Assembly: GCA_043228905.1 (NCBI GenBank)
Contig: JBHGNT010000007.1
Location: forward strand, 19,158,001 to 19,222,000
From: Azolla caroliniana
Taxonomy: Eukaryota; Plantae; Polypodiophyta
Direction of reading: 5' to 3'
Length of the DNA: 64,000 bases
Shown here: piece after piece, positions 60,774 through 64,000 of the stretch
How the letters are laid out: every line of letters begins with the position of its first letter
Position numbering within the stretch: position 1 is the stretch's first letter
Notes under the pieces: generated by a model
Database searches by the model: none
Told to the model about the DNA's origin: nothing
The model's input: only the letters and a program-made list of their open reading frames with translations
Translations under genes and position numbers: made by a program

Positions 60774-61703
60774 ATGGCCGTGGAGATGCTCGATTTCCGC
60801 CTCTTCCATGGAGACCGAGCTTCCATGTCTTCTTCCTCAGGCTACCTCAGTAGCTTCGACCATGGGAATATCATACGCCTCCTCCTCGCTGAGACTCGTG
60901 ACATTCCCACCATATCCGAGCTCCAACGATCTTTTAATTCCTCTTCCTCTTCCTCGTCCTCCTCTTCTTCTCCTCCTCCTCCTCCTCCTTCAGCCATTCG
61001 CGCTGGACATGCTCGCTTCCGCAGAGCTCCTTCAGCTAGATCATCATCAACAACAACATCTCCACACCAAGCTTCCATGGAAGCTCAGTGTGATGGATCT
61101 GAATCAGGTCTAGCTGTCAGAACTGGAGTATTCCCTAAAGATTCACCACATCTCTCTAACCCTAATGATTCTTCAGTGCCTCTGTTGGGAGAAGCCAAAC
61201 TCATCAAATGTAATGGGGATATCAGAGATACAACAAATAATGGCAGAGATGCCAAAATATCCGACCTATTCGTGGCGAAAGATGGAAACGGTACCAGAGA
61301 TGGTGGATCGGACACCGCGATGAAGATGTGCCTTGGTATGTCCACATCATCTGAGCAACATAGGAATGTGACCAGAGATGGATCGATTCGTATCAGGGAT
61401 GCGGAATTGAGCGATGCGAACATGGCGAAGAAGAAGCTCGATGTGTCTTCTAACCCTAAAAGCAGTGGGTTTGAGGTGGGGAGGAGCGTGGTAATCGACC
61501 CGACAATGGTGAGGAGGCCCTTGTCCAGGAGGCCTGGTCTGCCCCCTTTGCCTCCCAAGAGGAAGGCCATGGAAGATTGCGTGGCCGATTCCGGAATGTT
61601 CCGGAAATCCAAGAGCTCAAAGACATGCCATTGCGCCCGGACAGGTGGGTGTTCATCCCGGAAGCATGGCTCCAGGAAGACCTCTCCCATGCTTATGTCG
61701 TAA
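60774..61703 (+). CDS. Group IId WRKY-derived ORF (N-terminal part only, 309 aa, no WRKY domain)
   Basis: MAVEM start; HARF motif RAGHARFRRAP; Zn-cluster-like TCHC; CT-rich 5'UTR; donor AG|GTGGGT at 61644/61645. Confidence 0.75.
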   Translation: MAVEMLDFRLFHGDRASMSSSSGYLSSFDHGNIIRLLLAETRDIPTISELQRSFNSSSSSSSSSSSPPPPPPSAIRAGHARFRRAPSARSSSTTTSPHQASMEAQCDGSESGLAVRTGVFPKDSPHLSNPNDSSVPLLGEAKLIKCNGDIRDTTNNGRDAKISDLFVAKDGNGTRDGGSDTAMKMCLGMSTSSEQHRNVTRDGSIRIRDAELSDANMAKKKLDVSSNPKSSGFEVGRSVVIDPTMVRRPLSRRPGLPPLPPKRKAMEDCVADSGMFRKSKSSKTCHCARTGGCSSRKHGSRKTSPMLMS

Positions 61704-61779
61704 AGAAGTTTCTAGACATTCTTTTTGTTTTCGGTCACTTGTTGTGTACATACAACATATATGTACATACTTTCATATG

Positions 61780-61950
61780 AGACCGGGAACTCCCATTATG
61801 TAATGAAAAATGAAGCAAGAGTCCGAGAACTCCGATTCTGTAATGAAAAATGAAGCAAGAGTCCGAGAACACCGATTATGTAATGAAATGAAGCAAGGAG
61901 TCCGAGAACTCCCGATTATGTAATGAAATGAAGCAAGGAGTCCGAGATTG
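61780..61950. repeat. ~40-bp tandem repeat, 4-5 copies
   Basis: CCGAGAACTCCGATTATGTAATGAAAAATGAAGCAAGAGT. Confidence 0.88.
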
Positions 61951-62437
61951 ATGCCGAAATCATGTTTAATTGTGGCTGGCATGATGGCCCTGAATCTGGT
62001 GATTATGTAATTAACCAGAAGTGAAAGCCACAAGACAAATTTTTTTGGGTTACATAAATATGTCAAACCTAGCAAAATGCTTATATATGTAATGGGAAAT
62101 TTCAGCAAAGTATGTTTCCTTGATTGAAGTTAAAAGGGTTTCCAAGGCAAGATATAATTTTTTTTTGAGAAATTGGTGTTTTGCTAAGTATTAGATTTCA
62201 TGATTAATTAGTTTCTAGTTACAAAGTGGGTATGTTGTAGTTGAGATAGTTAAGGAAGCTCAACATATGCTGATTGGAAGGTAATTAGGTCATTAGTTTG
62301 TGAAGGATGCATCGGTATGTAACTGGAACAATTCATCGACGAACCCTATAGTATTAGGTATGCACATCGATCAACGAAGCCTATAGTATTAGGTCTACGC
62401 ATCTATGAAGCCTATAGTATTAGGTCTATGGTTGTAG

Positions 62438-62695
62438 ACTCTCGAATGTCTCGGAAAGGACTGTATCTAGCTAGGTATTCTTGTTAGCAATACCTAGCTG
62501 TAGTATCGGGTCAACTTAGTGTGAAATGCTACGGAAAGTTCTTGACTACCTTGTCTTATTGGCATGGTCTTGTGTCTTCATGAATTATTAACTTAGTGTA
62601 GGGGATGCCATGCTAAAAGGCTTATTGATTGTGCTATGGAGGAATTGTTATCTTATTGTGCAGGGTATCACAATCATGAGCTAAATAATCGTTAA
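62438..62695 (+). pseudogene. Decayed WRKY DNA-binding-domain exons
   Basis: 62600-62695 reads RGCHAKRLIDCAMEELLSYCAGYHNH (cf. RGCPARKHVERAxDDPxMLIVTYEGEHNH); 62438 begins (D)SRMSRK then a stop; no WRKYGQK. Confidence 0.55.
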
Positions 62696-64000
62696 GTTCC
62701 TCTTTTAAGTTTCTTTGAAGGTCATATCAAACTAGTAGCCTATACTATCAAATCCTTGAGCTTGATATGATCCTTGAAAGCATTACTTGCCAAACCGACT
62801 GATCTATAGTAAAAAATTGAAATTTAGTGTATTACTATAGGGTTGAGTGTTCAAATTGAAAGCATTAGTGTAGGGTTGATCTATGAACCCTATAGTGAGA
62901 AAATTTTCCATTTGAAATTGAAAGCTTAATTTTGTTATCTTAAATGTTGGCATAGTTCTTTTCGTTGGGTCAATTACTTTCGCAATGAAATAGTGGCTAA
63001 CAACACTAGAAGTGTAGTCATAGATAAATACCGATTGAAATCTTTAGTTTGAGCAATAAAACTGGAATCAGCACATTTTATTAGAAATCCCATCAAACTT
63101 ACAATATTCCTCGTGGCACATTGTTAATTGTGTGGGCACGAAGGTTTCCTTTTGGTTTATTTAAAATTCTAGCACCATTTCAAAGTCAATCAATCAATCA
63201 ATCCAACGGTCAAAGGCACATTGCAATTTGTAATTGTTTAAACAAATGTCTTTTCGAGAAATGTCAACCATGCTTTTCAAATACATATAATATATATCTT
63301 GATTTCTTCAAATTGGACTAGCTACTTTGTGATGAAAATGTGCGATAACACCTTAACTATTGACTTGGCTTATTTAATTCATTTCTTCCCTGTGCTCGAG
63401 GAAACGGGAGCCCTCTTCACCTCACATGCATTGAAATCTGAATCCTATTTTAAAAAGGAACAATCTCCAATGGCAATGAGCACATTTATCTTCACGACCT
63501 GTTATGAATATTGTCACTTCTTCCTGATGATCTCAAGCATGAAACGGAAACTGCGCCCGAGTCAACATTGGTTCACTCTCTCTTTAGCGTTGTCTTTTAT
63601 TTTTCGTTTTCAAACCAGTGAACAATATAAAATGAATTCGTAAAGCCGTTTGTTTATGAGCAATCTATCACTTAACAATAGCTCCATAACTTTAGACTAA
63701 AGAACCATTGCGTATAAACATGATGTTTTTCTTTTTACATTGTGCTTTTTGTAAATAATATGACATCTTGTTACATCCAATTTCCTTTCATGTCTCCTCA
63801 ATTGAAAGTTTTGTCAATATTACAATGTCGACATGAGTTATGGAATCTCACCCGGTGAATGTTTTTCCTAATACCTCATCCTTACATATTGTTTTGGAAT
63901 TTTCGTAAACATTTCAATCCATATTCACATTTCTAATATTTTTGTGTCAACTTCTTTGTTTATCCATTCGTATCCACAAATATGTTTCTAGTTTCTTACA

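Noticed and set aside
61085-61690. 201-aa antisense ORF
   Set aside because: Shadow of the WRKY-like ORF, with no motifs of its own

Overview
Land-plant nuclear DNA, AT-rich with GT-AG introns. The TE families suggest a fern or other non-seed plant, which is inference only. Positions 1-33 kb are a nested transposon cluster. (A) A minus-strand non-chromoviral Ty3/Gypsy runs off the left edge. (B) A full but decayed chromovirus (3786-18718, TSD ACATA) holds (C) a solo LTR in its 5'UTR. C in turn holds (D), a young fungal-type Gypsy (5331-12897) with a 4-bp TSD, tRNA-Trp PBS, gag-pro/pol -1 frameshift pseudoknot and a tRNA-Arg-derived Pol III cassette in both LTRs. Next come a Tnt1-like Copia inside an older chromovirus LTR, 5'-truncated L1 pieces and an apparently intact hAT transposon. 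Positions 35-64 kb hold three host loci: a membrane-anchored alpha/beta-hydrolase-like gene, a 10-exon mitochondrial enoyl-ACP/CoA reductase (MECR-like), and a group-IId WRKY-derived ORF whose DNA-binding exons appear decayed. A D-family solo LTR also lies here. The strongest candidate novel system is the D family: all three TGTCG-type insertions have CpG-centred 4-bp target sites, and the D LTRs carry a tRNA-like Pol III unit.
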